A DNA stretch of 64,000 nt, from contig JAUPSS010000007.1 of assembly GCA_040285825.1 (NCBI GenBank), positions 2,888,689 through 2,952,688 on the forward strand, read 5' to 3'. This document shows positions 21,610 to 34,343 of the stretch, piece by piece. Source of the DNA: Eukaryota sp. TZLM1-RC. Taxonomy: Eukaryota > Protista > Metamonada: BaSk clade. Positions within the stretch are counted from its first letter, which is position 1, and each line of letters begins with the position of its first letter. The notes under the pieces are model-generated. The model worked only from the letters and a program-made list of their open reading frames with translations, made no database searches and was not told the DNA's origin. Position numbers and translations under genes: made by a program.

Positions 21610-24600
21610 AAAATTGTATTTATTGAATTTGCACACTTGATTAAATTAAATCATAACTAATGGGACGACTATCATTAAACCAAGATTTCCTCTACAAAAT
21701 CTTGTTCTGCTTGCTGTCTAGCTAAAGCTTCTCTAATTCGATTGAAAAACCGCGGTAATCTATTAATAATGGCAAATTGAATCCGTGAACGCCATAAAAA
21801 AAATATCAAATCTTTTCATTGTTTTTTCTTTCACCATTTTTTGGAAGTCATCCAAAAAAGTTTCTGCTTCAACTGATAATCTTCCATTTATCGAAAATGG
21901 GAAAGCAATAAAAACCAGCTGTGTATTTCTATCGACATTTGCATCTTCAATTTCTTTATCATATTTTCTATGTTTTTCTTTTGCTTTAAAATCCAGAGCA
22001 GCCACAGGATTAAGTTTTCTTCTGTGAACCAAAGTATCGTTTGCAACATTACATGAGACAAAGTCAACAATAGCTTCAGAATTATCAATCCAATCACAGT
22101 ATACATCACCTCTATCATCAGAACCAAAATTATTCAGAGAAAGTGTTTCCTTCAGCAGGGGCTCTTTGATACACGATATCCTTGCAGTTTGTGCCATATT
22201 GAAAACAGTGTCTCTAACAGCATCATGTAATGAAGAACGATAAGTTATCAATTTAGAGCAATTTAGAGCATGGCGCAAAGTGAGTTGAGGTGAATTCGAA
22301 CAAATACATCTTTCTTTTGATAATAATTGGTTAATGGGGATGTTCAAATATAATCTCATTTTTGTTACAAATGCTTCATTAGTGGCACAAAATGCAAATC
22401 TTCGTGGTACAATGGCTACAAAAAGTGAAGAATCTGACGACCTATTTTCACAAACACCCCTTTCCAATAACAATGAGTGAAGATCTTGATTTAAAACAGC
22501 TGAGCTGCATATATTATTATAAAGATCATTTTCATACATTCCAGTCAATCTTTTCTGTAATGTTCGAAGAGTGTACTTCAAATTTAAAACATTTTTTTCT
22601 GGAATATTGCCATTGAATGATTGGGGAAAACATCGACCCCATTTTTCTACATCAATTCTTGAAATTTCTTCATTTAATGCAAAAACAGTGGAACTTTGCG
22701 TTGTCATCAATAAATCTTCCCAATCTGCAAATCTTTCGGAAAACTCAAAGATTGAATTTCTGCATCCACCAACAAAAGCACACGAGGTAAGAATAGAAGC
22801 CTTCGTCCACCCTAAACCACCATAATGTGGACTAAGGTAAGCATGATCTGGAATTTGAAACATTTTACATCCCAGTAATTGAGACAGAACTTTTGCACGT
22901 AACTCATTAAACTTTTGAGCCAAAGGTCTAGTGATGAGAGGATTTGTAGATCGAAATATATGATTAAAATTGGAACTAAAACACAGTCTTATAATGGTAA
23001 ATTTGATGTGTTTTTTTATATCTAAATTCATCATTCGGTCAATTTTGTCAGAAATTGAGTTCAACTTTTCAAACAATTTTTTGGTAATTTCATCATTATT
23101 TCCTCAAAACGAACCCAAATGACGAATAGCATCAATTGAATATAATTTGGCTTGAATTTCAATACCATCAATTATTGTGGAAACTGGAGAATTCGATAAC
23201 AAAACACATTTAAGTAAATTAAGTCGGAGACCAATATTGGTAAATAATTCTTTAAAACATACAGTTGCTTTTTTCACAATATTTAAATCACCAATAAGCA
23301 CAACATCATCCATATATGCAATCATTTTTAGTGAAGGAAACATCTCTTGAATTTGCAGTAGAATAGGATGAATGGCCAAACAAAACAAAAGAGGTCCTAA
23401 CGGATCTCCTTGCTTTACGCCACTTGATGAACTCAAAATGTTGTTACCAAAATGTAAATTAGAATATGTGCAATATGTTGATTGAAAATATGGTATTAAT
23501 TCCGGCATATATTGCAATAGAGCACCATGGATACTGCGACGACTTAGTGAATTGAAAGCATTACTAAAATCCAATGACATGCAAACATTGGATTCATTTT
23601 GACGAAATAAGACATCAGTAGCAAAAATCGCTAAAGAGACTCCATCTGTAGTATTTATACCATATTGAAAGGGTAATAAAATCTTTTTAGCTTTTTCATT
23701 GAACCTGCTTAAGCAACACGCAGAAAAAATATTGTGTAAGCTCTCAGAGACTGCAATAGGACGAACATCCATTTTTGAATTTTTGACAAGTGCAGTCAAA
23801 CGAGAACTTCTTAATTCTTCTGGGTATTTGAGTTGACCAGATAATATTTGGTTGAAAAATTTGGTCAATAAACCAAGGCAATCTTCTGAAGAAATAATTG
23901 CGGCTTTTACATGATCAAGAGTAATACCAGAAAGTCCGGCAGACTTACCACGTGGTCTCTTTTTGATAACCGAAAAAACTTCTGATGGCATCAATGGATA
24001 ATTTTCCCAGTATGTGCCGTAAAAATTTTGATCCATTATAGGGTCTTCATAAGGATGAAGTATTTTTAGTTTATCTATTGTATTTTCATTGTTGGGTGCT
24101 TTAACTCCGGGACTTAAAGCTGACAAAGCCTTGGACCATTTGTTGTCAAAGCATTTGTCTTCAAAAATTTTACTTAATTTCTCGGATGACTGATTTCTCG
24201 GTGCTATATTAGTTAAATCTTCGGAAATATTAACGAAATTTTGTTCAAAAGGAGGACAAAAGAACCAAAAAATTCCCAAATAATATTGATAGCATACTTT
24301 CCTTTACATAATTGATCCAAAAATCTTTGAAAAACGAAAGCAAATTCATTGCATTTGGTCGGATGAATTTCTTGAGGTATTCTTATAGGAGGATGGTAGT
24401 TATCAACTATGCGGCATTTCAAGCAGCGGTCAGAAGTTTTTCCTTTTGCATTTTTTCTAAAAGAAATACCACAAGTGTTGCAAGTTTTGTGCTTTAATCG
24501 GTTGCAAACTGGTTTTGCAACAATTTGTGGAGCATTATTTATGGGTTCTACCTTAGACTCTTTCCTTCTAATAAATTTTCTTTTACATTTTGTTTCAGAA

Positions 24601-24950
24601 TTTGCCGCATCATTTTTTCCAACATTGGGGCATGTTCGAGCATTATGTCCCTGTTGTCGACACTTTGAGCATCTGTAGGAGCGTGGCTTTGTTTTTGAAC
24701 AAACTTTGTTTTCATCGTGATTGTCTAAAAATTCTTGATCAGAATTTTTTTTGTCCAAAAATGAAGAGAGAAGAGGTTGAGGAGGAGAGGTGGAAAGGAC
24801 GTCTTGAGCATCTTGTTGACTATCGTTCTTTCTTTTGACTCCATTAGAATCAGAAACTGATTCAGGCATCAACAAGAAAGAATAGAAGCAATGATCTCGG
24901 TTCAGCCAGGTTTTAAGTTAAGCGGTTATATGTAGAGGAAGAAAAAAACT
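21610..24950 (-). mobile_element. Full-length (~3.3 kb) CRE-like retrotransposon, family B, with 9-bp TSD; frameshifted
   Basis: T-tract 5' end, Zn knuckle CSKCRQQGHNARTC, RT (GVKQGDPLGP, YMDD), CCHC and RLE. TSD tactgatct at 21601-21609 and 24951-24959. The flanks rejoin into another RT fragment (LGCWLGNVDE...KLGTDL|QLISELEKEKHLKFF). Confidence 0.93.
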
Positions 24951-25005
24951 TACTGATCTTCAATTAATTTCTGAATTAGAAAAAGAAAAACATCTCAAAT
25001 TTTTT

Positions 25006-26378
25006 AGCAAATGCCTTCTGATTGGCTCTTCTGCTCAAGATCTTGTGATAAACGATTCTATTGTCCCTTTTACTAATTATAGTAGTGATGCTTTTAAGTT
25101 CCTTGGTTGTTGGTTAGGAAACGTGCCTCAAATTCAGAATGAATTGCAAGTTTTGGAAAAAATGAAAATTGAACTTGATTCAATTTCTTCTTTAGATATA
25201 GAAAAGCATATTAAATTTTTCATGCTTAAAATTTGCTACACTGGGAGAATAACCCACATTTTGAGATCTTGTGCTCCTTCCATAGCATTAGATTTTTGTC
25301 GTTCATTTAATTCATTGAGAACAGAATTTTTTGCTGATATATTGGATGTAGAACCAGGAATGTTGAAAAGTCACTTATTTTCTTCAGCAAATTTGGGTGG
25401 TATTGGATTTACTAAATCTTCAATTTTGTGTCAATCAGCATTCTTGGGTGGTGGCAAAAATTTTATTTATGAATTTTCTCGTAGATTTCCTGATGATTCT
25501 CATCTGTTAGTTCCCAATTGCAGTCCTTATTTGTATGAGTTATCTTGTGAACTTGAAAAATTGCCGCCACAAATTTGGACCAAATGTTTTCCTCAATCAA
25601 TTCAAGAAATTCCAAACCGATCTCTTTTTAATTTACAGTTTTGCTGTAAAAAGCTTCAACAAAAATTGTCAAAGATTTTTGAAAGCTTGGATTTTGATGT
25701 TAGGCTTGGCTTGGCCAAGAAAAAGAATCCCGCTTTTGCACAAGATATGTGTGACAGTACTTCTTCTGCCTTGGTAACAACAATTCCCCAAGTTTATGGT
25801 ACTCTCTTAACCGATTCTGCTTGGACTCTGAATATGAGATTTCGTTCCTTTATCTGGCCTGATAATTTACCTCATAATTTAATTTGTAAATGTTCTCGAG
25901 AAATTACAACTACTCATTTGTTAAATTGTAAACATTTTATTACTTTTAGAAGCAAGGTTCATGATGCTGTAAGAGACCAGTTATATTGTATGTGTAAATC
26001 TCATAGAATTGAATCCTTCTTGGAACCTCTATTGTCAAATCTGTTTGATACTGAAGATGATTTTCATAAGAAAAATAGAGGTGATGTTATATTACCTGGA
26101 TTAGATGGAAGTTTCATTTTATTGGATGTAATGTCTGTTGATCCTTATAATGCCTCAAATGAAAGGCTAGTTAATTCTGAAATTCATAATCCTCTTTCAA
26201 ATGCTGAAAATTTCAAATTCAAAAAATACAATGAACCTTTGTCCAAATTGGCCAGTCTACAGCATGCAAAATACAATTTGTATCCATTTGTATTTTCCCT
26301 TTTTGGTTCACTTGCACCAACTGCTTTACGTTTTTTGGAAGATTTTGAAATGATTGTAAAGAGAAGAACTGGCAGAAA
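25006..26378 (+). mobile_element. Family A element, 5'-truncated and cut at its 3' end by the next element
   Basis: ORF 25045-26403 is nearly identical to the other A copies up to KRRTGRNF. Confidence 0.9.
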
Positions 26379-29300
26379 TTTTTTTTCTCCCTCCCTTAGT
26401 TAACCCTCTCATATTTCACTTTCTGTCACGGCGTCAAAGTCGTACTGTTTCTCTGTCAAAACGATGCCATTGGCTGATAGTGACTCTGATACTGATTGGA
26501 ACGCCCGAGTAAAGATTCTACCAGTCAGACCAAGCTCATCTTCTTCACTTCTCCACTCTCCCCACAATACAAGCTATGCTCGAAATTCATCTCAAAAAAA
26601 TTTCAATTCAAAAACTGATCATTGTACCAGAAAAAACACACAAAAACCACAATTACGTTCCTTACGTTCTGTTGCGCGTTCTATCAACAGCTCCGTTTCT
26701 CGAAATTTGTTTGCTCCAGCTGAAATTGGAAAAAGTCAAAAATCTATTTCTACTTTTAACTCACCAATTGACAAAATAGAAATAACTGAAAAAATGAAAC
26801 CATTACCATTAAAAACTGGAAAAGTTCATTCTCAGAGTTGTGGCAAATGTCGTCAACCGGGACATAACGTTAAAACATGTCCCCAAGTAAAACAAGAACA
26901 ATTCAAAGCTCGTGCTGCATCTGCTGATTTGAAACAATCACTCTCTTCGTTACCCATAAATGATGATAATGCTGATCAAGAAATACCAGCAATAGTACCT
27001 GTAAATTCATCCATTGATTCTCCGAATAATAAGTGTATATTTTGTACCAAAAATTTGGGCATTAATTCTTCTGGCCGACCATTACGTTTTTGCGAATCAT
27101 GTAAAGCTGTTGATTCCTTGAGGCCTCCAATACGTGTTCCATCACAGGTAAGTCCTCTTTCTTGCATCCCCTTTTCGATTAGTTTTCGAAAATTTACTAC
27201 CAATTTAAAAAAAGGCATATGGGATGTAACACCGCTATGGAAATTTTTTTTGCTTAAAGATAAAAAATTATTGTCATCGAAATCAAAATTTCGTCCTTCA
27301 GTAATGAAGAAAGAAAAAATTGTTCGAAAATTAGCTTTAAAGGGACGCTATGGTTCCGCTAAGCAATGCCTGTTTTCCTCTGAACTTGCAGAATGTAATG
27401 AAAATACTATTGCTCAACTAAAGTGTCTCCATCCTGTTGAAAATTTTAAGTGCCCTAAACCTAATAATGTAAGTTATTGGGAGCAAAATCCCGTAACTAA
27501 TGATGACCTAATTAAATTGATTAACCACTTACCATCTGGAAAAGCGCCTGGTCCATCAATGATCACTTTTGACATGTTGAAATCTACGATAAACCAATGT
27601 CCTGAATGTATTGATGATTTGGTTTTCTTTTTCAACAAAATTTTAACATTAAACATCAAGCTTCCATCTGAAATGACAAGTTCACGCTTAATTGCTTTAA
27701 AAAAAATGAATCAAAAATAAGGCCTATTGCAATTGGTGAATCTTTGTCTCGTATTCTTGCTTCAGCTGTGTTTGGCAGGATTGGTAAAAATGCTAAAGAT
27801 TTTTTTAGTCCTTTCCAATTTGGAATTAAAACAGTTGATGGTGCATCTTCTGCAGCACTCTCTTCTGATGTCTTTTTTAATTCCAATACTTCGAATTATA
27901 CTTTCAATTTAGATTTTAAAAACGCTTTCAATGCAGTGAAGAGGTCGTCCATCTTGCCCTTGCTTCAAACTCATTTTCCAGAAGCTGAGTCGTTCTTTTA
28001 CAATTTTTATGGCTCACAGTCGACTCTTGTTTATGAGGAATTCAATCTAATATCAACATCTGGTGTCAAACAAGGTGATCCATTAGATCCTTTCTTTTTC
28101 TGCCTTGCTATCCATCCTTTAATGTGTGAATTAAAACACGAATTTCCGGATGTTCATATAACTGCTTATATGGATGACATATCAATAATTGGTCCAATTG
28201 ATTCATTGAGAACAATTTGCTGAAATTGTTCAACAGCGCTATTATCAAATTGGTCCTTCTCTAAATATTTCCAAATGTTTATTGATTGGTAGAGAGCCTG
28301 CTGATCTCATTATTGATGATCAAAGTGTTCCTTTTATCAATTATTTTGAATCAGGATTTCGTTTTTTGGGTTGTTATTTAGGCAATTTTGATGAAATTGG
28401 AAATCAACTTTCCTCTCTTTTGGATAATTTTGAAGAAGAATTGATGGTTCTTTCAGATTTAAATATTGAAAAACATCTTAAATTCTTCTTCCTCAGAATT
28501 TGTTATTCAGGGAAATTTACTCATATTTTACGATCAACATCACCATCTATTTCTCTCGAATTCTGCAGAATTTTTAATGAATTAAGAACAAAATTTTTGG
28601 CTAATTTGCTCGATATTGATTCTTCTTTTTTACGTAGTCATATTTTTTGTAGCACAGAATTGGGAGGCCTGGATTTTCACAAATCAAAATATTTGTGTAA
28701 AGCCGCATTCATCGGTGGAGGAAAAAATTTCGTCTTTGAATTTTTGAAACGATTTCCTGAAAACCAGCATTTAATAGAATGTTGTGTTAGTGACTATTTA
28801 GTGTCCTTGCAGAGTGAAATTCAATGCATCTCTCCTCACATATGGTCCAAATGCTTTCCTGCTGATATTCAAGAAATTCCACCCAGGAGTTTGATTTCCT
28901 TGAAATTTGCATATGCTAAATTGCAGAAAAGGATATTAAAAGTTTTTGAAAACTTGGATTTCACTGTTCGTCTTACCTTGGCTAAAGTCAAGAATCCCGT
29001 TTTTGCAAACTTTTTAATTGACCTCAAGGATAGTAGCTCAAGTTGTCTTATTTCCCAGATTCCAAATGTATATGGTCTATTATTAAATGATCATCAATGG
29101 ACAACTGCCTTCAGGATGAGGTGTTTTCTGTGGCCATGTAGTGTGCCAAATGATTTGATTTGTCGTTGTGGTCAGCTCATTAATCTGAATCATTTATTTA
29201 ATTGCAAATTTAATATTACATATCGCTCAGTTGTTCACGATGCTGTTAGAAACCAACTATTCGCTGAGTGCAAAAGTCATCACATTGAAGCTTTTGTTGA

Positions 29301-29875
29301 ACCACTTGTGCGAAGGTTGTCATCTGAAAATGAAGATGAAAATACTTTTGGGAAACGCCGTGCTGATTTAATTACCCCTGCGTCTGATGGTGTTATTAAA
29401 GTTGTTGATGTTGTCACTGTTGATGTTTGTAAAGACTCAGCAATTGATTTTGCTAAAAGAGATGAAACTCCACTTTGCTTTGCTGAAAAGAGCAAAATCA
29501 AAAAGTACAATGAACCCTTATCTCAGCTAGGACGTGTTGAGCATGTCAAGTATCAGTTGGTTCCATTTGCTGTTTCTCTTTTTGGTAACATTGGAATATC
29601 TGGCATTAAATTTCTTGAAGCTTTCAGAAGTTTAATAAAAGAAAGAGCAGGAAAAGAATTGAACTTCAATTTCTGGCACAATAGAGTTGTTTTCAGTATT
29701 CTTAAAGCAATTCCAGAAATGTTGACCAAAACACTGTTACAATTAGGAATAGAGTATGAAAATCGCGCGCTTAAGAGATTTGATGATGTTGATGCGTGTA
29801 TTGAAGATATTGAGTTCTAGTTTTTTGTTTAATGCTATGTTAGCGTTCAAAATAAATTTCATCGAATAAAAAAAA
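26379..29875 (+). mobile_element. Full-length (~3.5 kb) CRE-like retrotransposon, family F; frameshifted
   Basis: T8-CTCCCTCCC 5' end; MPLADSDSDTDW start; CGKCRQPGHNVKTC knuckle; RT GVKQGDPL and YMDD; CRC..HLFNC; RRADL..VDVVTVD..E..K..KY; AATAAA and A-tail. Confidence 0.93.
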
Positions 29876-30029
29876 GAAGCTTTAGCTAGACAGCAAGCAG
29901 ATCAAGATTTTGTAGAGGAAATCTTGGTTCAATGATAGTCGTCCCATTATTTATGAGTGAATTTAATTAAGTGTGCAAATTCAATAAATACACACTGTTT
30001 ACTGGCAAAACAGAATTGTATTTTCTACT

Positions 30030-31141
30030 TTGAATTTTAATTTATTTTCCAAAGCACAGTCTAAAAGTCAATATCTTCAAAACAAGCTTCCACACCATCA
30101 AACCTTACGTCAGCAATGTCTTCGTAATGTGCACTGACAGATATCAAAGCTTTCGAAATAATTTTAGGAATTGATTTGAAAATGGTAAAAACAATCCGAT
30201 TTAGCCACAAGCGACGATCAAAACGCTTATTCATTCTTCTTTTCACAAGATTTTCAAAATCATCAATAAAATTCATAGCAGTATTTCCAAGACGACCATA
30301 CAACGATATAGCAAATGGGCAAATTTGGTAATCTACATGGCGAACATGTTTCAATTCTTTTAAAGGATTTGCATATTTTTTTCGTTTGTACAATTCGGAG
30401 TCATCAAGGGGAGATACTTCGGATTGTGCATTTCTCAAGACATTTTTCTTGCAAACATCCACTGTAACGACATCAACAACATTCAAGACATCATCAAACA
30501 AGGGCACAACAACATCAGCACGTCGTTTTCCATATTCTTAATCTCTCACGCTTTCATTTATATCAAGAGACCTCAACAATGGTTGGTTCTACAAAAGATT
30601 CAATATGATAGGAATTACACATTGCATGGATTTGATCTCTGACTGTATCATGCAACATAAAACGATAAGAAATAAATCTATTACAATTGAATAAATGTGA
30701 TAATGTCAAACCAGCTCCACATTTGCAAAAAAAATCATTGAGCAAATTACAAGGCCATAACTAACAACGCATTCTCATTGCAGTGGTCAATTGGACGTCA
30801 TTCAAAAATAGGCCATAAATCTGGGAAATTTGATTTATCAAAACTGCAGATGAACTGTCCTTCAAATCAATCAAAAAATTTACAAAACCGGGATTTTCCT
30901 TCTTAGCCGTGCTAAATCGAACAATAAAATTCTTGCTTTCAAATTTTTTCAAAAAATGTCGTTGGAGCTTTTTCAACGCAAATTTTAAAGATTACAAACT
31001 TCTGTCTGGAATTTCTTGAATGGATATGGGGAAACATGATTGCCATAAGTCGGGAAATAAACTGGATACTTCTTCTCTTAAGTTATCAAGGAATAGGCTA
31101 CTTGTAGTTTCAAGAAGATTTTCGGCAAAAGAATATCTTCT
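30030..31141 (-). mobile_element. Family D element (3' part), split by the Ty3 insertion; continues at 40034-40325
   Basis: Joining ...gaatatcttct with agagaattc... rebuilds the uninterrupted site seen at 60271-60290. Confidence 0.88.
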
Positions 31142-31157
31142 ATAGGTATCTCACTAG

Positions 31158-31242
31158 TGAGTACCTAAGTATATAGAATAACATTAAATAAAATTATCTT
31201 TATCTTAACCCGCCTTATACATACGTCTAACATGCAGCTAGC
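31158..31242 (-). repeat. Truncated 3' LTR of the Ty3 element
   Basis: Direct repeat of 39930-40014; both termini are altered. Confidence 0.85.
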
Positions 31243-31585
31243 TGGTCGGGATTATCATTTTATTATTATTTAACCAGATTTCAGTGTCTTTGCATAGTGT
31301 AGCGTTTTTGAATAATGAATCATTATTGCTAATGGCTAGTTGTTGCTCTGAACTAACTTTTGAGAGCCAATTTGAAAAAATGGGGAAATCTGGGTGCTTT
31401 GCTAGTTCGAAAATGTGGATTGGATCTGGATCTTCATAATCAGAATCGTCGTCGGGGGGGGGGGGTGGTATTTCACCGTGCCAAAAGGGATCATGTGGGT
31501 AGTTTTTTTTAAAAAAAAATGTGGGTAGTTGATGTGATTTATTTCCGGGTTTTCTAAATTTGAATCTATATTTCTTGACATCATG

Positions 31586-34250
31586 TCAGCCCAGTGATGG
31601 TCTTCTCCTTTTTTCGTGTACGATATCAAAGTCAAATTTAGACAAGATAGGTAACCATTTTTTGACGATTCTGTTCTTTTCAGGAGCCGTGGCGAGGAAT
31701 GCAATATTCCTATGATCTGTGAAAATGGTCAGATGTCTAGTAATGAGAAAGCTTTCCAGATGACTTTCTGTTAGTATTAATAGTATTGCATATAATTCTT
31801 TTTGTAAAGTAGACCAACGCTTTTGAGTATCGGTTAAAATCCTACTGTAAAAGGAAATTGGTTTTACTTTTCTGTCTTTTAATGCAGTTCCAATGGGTGC
31901 ATTCCAAGGTGTGACCTCTTGCCAAATGACTCCTCCTACTGCGATGTCGGATGCATCGGTGCTTATCAGAATGCGTTTGTCTGGTGAAGGTAATTCCAGA
32001 GGCATGTGATTCATTATGAGTTGTTTTATTTGGTCTAATAATTGATCGTGTTTGGCTTCCCAATTTACACGACATTGTTTGTGCTTAATTAACTCATTTA
32101 TGGGTGCTATTAGTTGTGAATTAGTTATTATTAGTTATTTTTTCTGATGTTCAACTTGGCGGTGTTGGATTCAATTCATCAAAATATTTGACCAAAGCTT
32201 CATTTATTGGTGGTGGAAAAAATTTTGTATTTGAATTTTCTAGAAGATATCCTTTTGCCGAAAATCTTCTTGAAACTACAAATAGCCTATTCCTCGATAA
32301 CTTAAGAGAAAAAATATCCAGTTTATCTCCCGACTTATGGCAATCATGTTTCCCCATATCCATTCAAGAAATTCCAGACAGAAGTTTGTATTCATTAAAA
32401 TTTGCGTTGAAAAAGCTCCAACGACATCTTTTGAATAAATTTGAAAGCAAGGATTTTATTGTTCGACTTAGCACGGCTAAGAAAGAAAATCCTGCTTTTG
32501 CAAATTTTTTGATTGATTTGAAGGACAGTGCATCTGCAGTTTTGATAAATCAAATTCCCCAGATTTATGGCCTATTTTTGAATGACGACCAATGGACCAC
32601 TGCTATGAGAATGCGTTGTTATTTATGGCCTTGTAATTTGCCCAATGATTTGTTTTGCAAATGTGGAGCTAGTTTGACATTATCACATTTATTTAATTGT
32701 AATAGATTTATTTCCTATCGTTCTACGTTGCATGATGCAGTCAGAGATCAAATCCATGCAATGTGTAATTCCTATCATATTGAATCTTTTGTAGAACCTT
32801 TGCTGAGGTCTTTTGATATGAATGAAAGCGTAAGAGATTCAGAATATGGAAAACGACGTGCTGATGTTGTTGTGTCCTCGTTTGATGATGTCATGAATGT
32901 TGTTGATGTCGTAACAGTGGATGTCTGCAAGAAAAATGCTTTGAAAAATGCTCAATCCGAAGTATCCCCCCTTGATGACTCCGAATTGTACAAACGGAAA
33001 AAATATGCAAATCCTTTGAAAGAATTGAAACATGTTCGCCATGTAGATTACCAAATTTGCCCATTTGCTATATCGTTGTATGGTCGTCTTGGAAATACTG
33101 CTATGAATTTTATTGATGATTTTGAAAATCTTGTGAAAAGAAGAATGAATAAGCGTTTTGATCGTCGCTTGTGGCTAAATCGGATTGTTTTTACCATTTT
33201 CAAATCAATTCCTAAAATTATTTCGAAAGCTTTGATATCTGTCAGTGCACATTACGAAGACATTGCTGACGTAAGGTTTGATGGTGTGGAAGCTTGTTTT
33301 GAAGATATTGACTTTTAGACTGTAGTTTAATAATAAATTAAAATTTTAGTTGTGAAATATTTGGGAGCCAATCTCTTATAAAATTGACTGAGCCAACAAA
33401 TGACCGTACTTCCTTGATAGTTTTTGGAGCAGGTATGTTTATTACAGCATCTGCTCGTTTTTTGCTAATTTTTTCGTTGTTTAAATTGGAAAGTGCTGCC
33501 TAAAATGTCGATTGGTTGTTTGTCAGTAACGAATTTACATTTTCTCAATCCAATGTTGACTCTTCTACTCCTTGCGCATTGCAGTACTCTCTGTATTCTT
33601 TCAAATAATTCTTGAAGGGATGATCCTATTATGATTATGTCGTCGATGTAAATAAATACTCCTTCTATTTGAAAAATTTCCATCATTACATTCTGAAAAA
33701 TTGCTGGAATATTCTTAAGTCCGAAGCATGCCCTTTAAACATAATAGATCTGCCAAAAATAGAGAAACATGTCTTTTTTTTGAAATAAAAAAGATGTCTT
33801 TTAACATGTCTTTTCAAAATCTTCATCGGCTACTTTCATTTGTCAAAAGGCCTTTGGGAGGTCCAAGGTGGCAATAAAATTGGCCTGGCTCAAATATTCT
33901 AAAAGATCTGAAATTAATGGTAAGTTAGACTCGAACGGAATTGTATGAGCGTTAACTCCATCTTTACCACTGAAGTCGCCCGTCAACCTAGGTTTTCGAT
34001 CATCAGGGTATATTACTAATACTATTGGGGAACTAAACTTGTAGTTCGATTCAATTGCATAGCCCATTTCAATCAATTCATCGAAAATCTGATTGGCTAT
34101 TTGTAATTTCTTTGGGTTGAGGCCCCGAGCTGGTTTATGTACAATTGTATTAGTATTGTAGAAGGGGATCGTCATAGGTGGACAATCGATTCCATCTTTA
34201 TTGGGCTTTTCGCTGAATACGTCCTTGTATTGAGCTAGAATATCAGACAA
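31586..34250 (-). pseudogene. Ty3 pol: RT and RNase H (frameshifted, interrupted by a family D insertion)
   Basis: ORFs 33843-34250, 33465-33686 and 31586-32014. The frame rejoins across the insertion as DWLPNISQL|IAPINEL. Confidence 0.88.
32121..33345 (+). mobile_element. 5'-truncated family D element with 11-bp TSD, inside Ty3 pol
   Basis: Intact 376-aa ORF 32188-33318 (CCHC and RLE). TSD ttagttgtgaa at 32110-32120 and 33346-33356. Confidence 0.92.
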
Positions 34251-34343
34251 ATTCTTATTATATCTAAATTAATCTCACATTCAGATCTATCTAATTGCTG
34301 AGTGAAATCTTCTTCACTGCGAGAAGTTGATTTTACATGGCTA

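Noticed and set aside
26391-26500. Leader as an HDV-like ribozyme
   Set aside because: A P1-like helix exists, but I could not place P1.1, L3 or the J4/2 catalytic C, and the element ends lie upstream of the would-be cleavage site. Kept only as a generic structure hypothesis.
31243-31256. TGGTCGGG as a plus-strand PBS, together with a purine tract at 39903-39923, implying an inverted element
   Set aside because: The TGG is the antisense of pol codons (IIPT) at a deletion junction, and the adjacent LTR is truncated. Likely coincidence.
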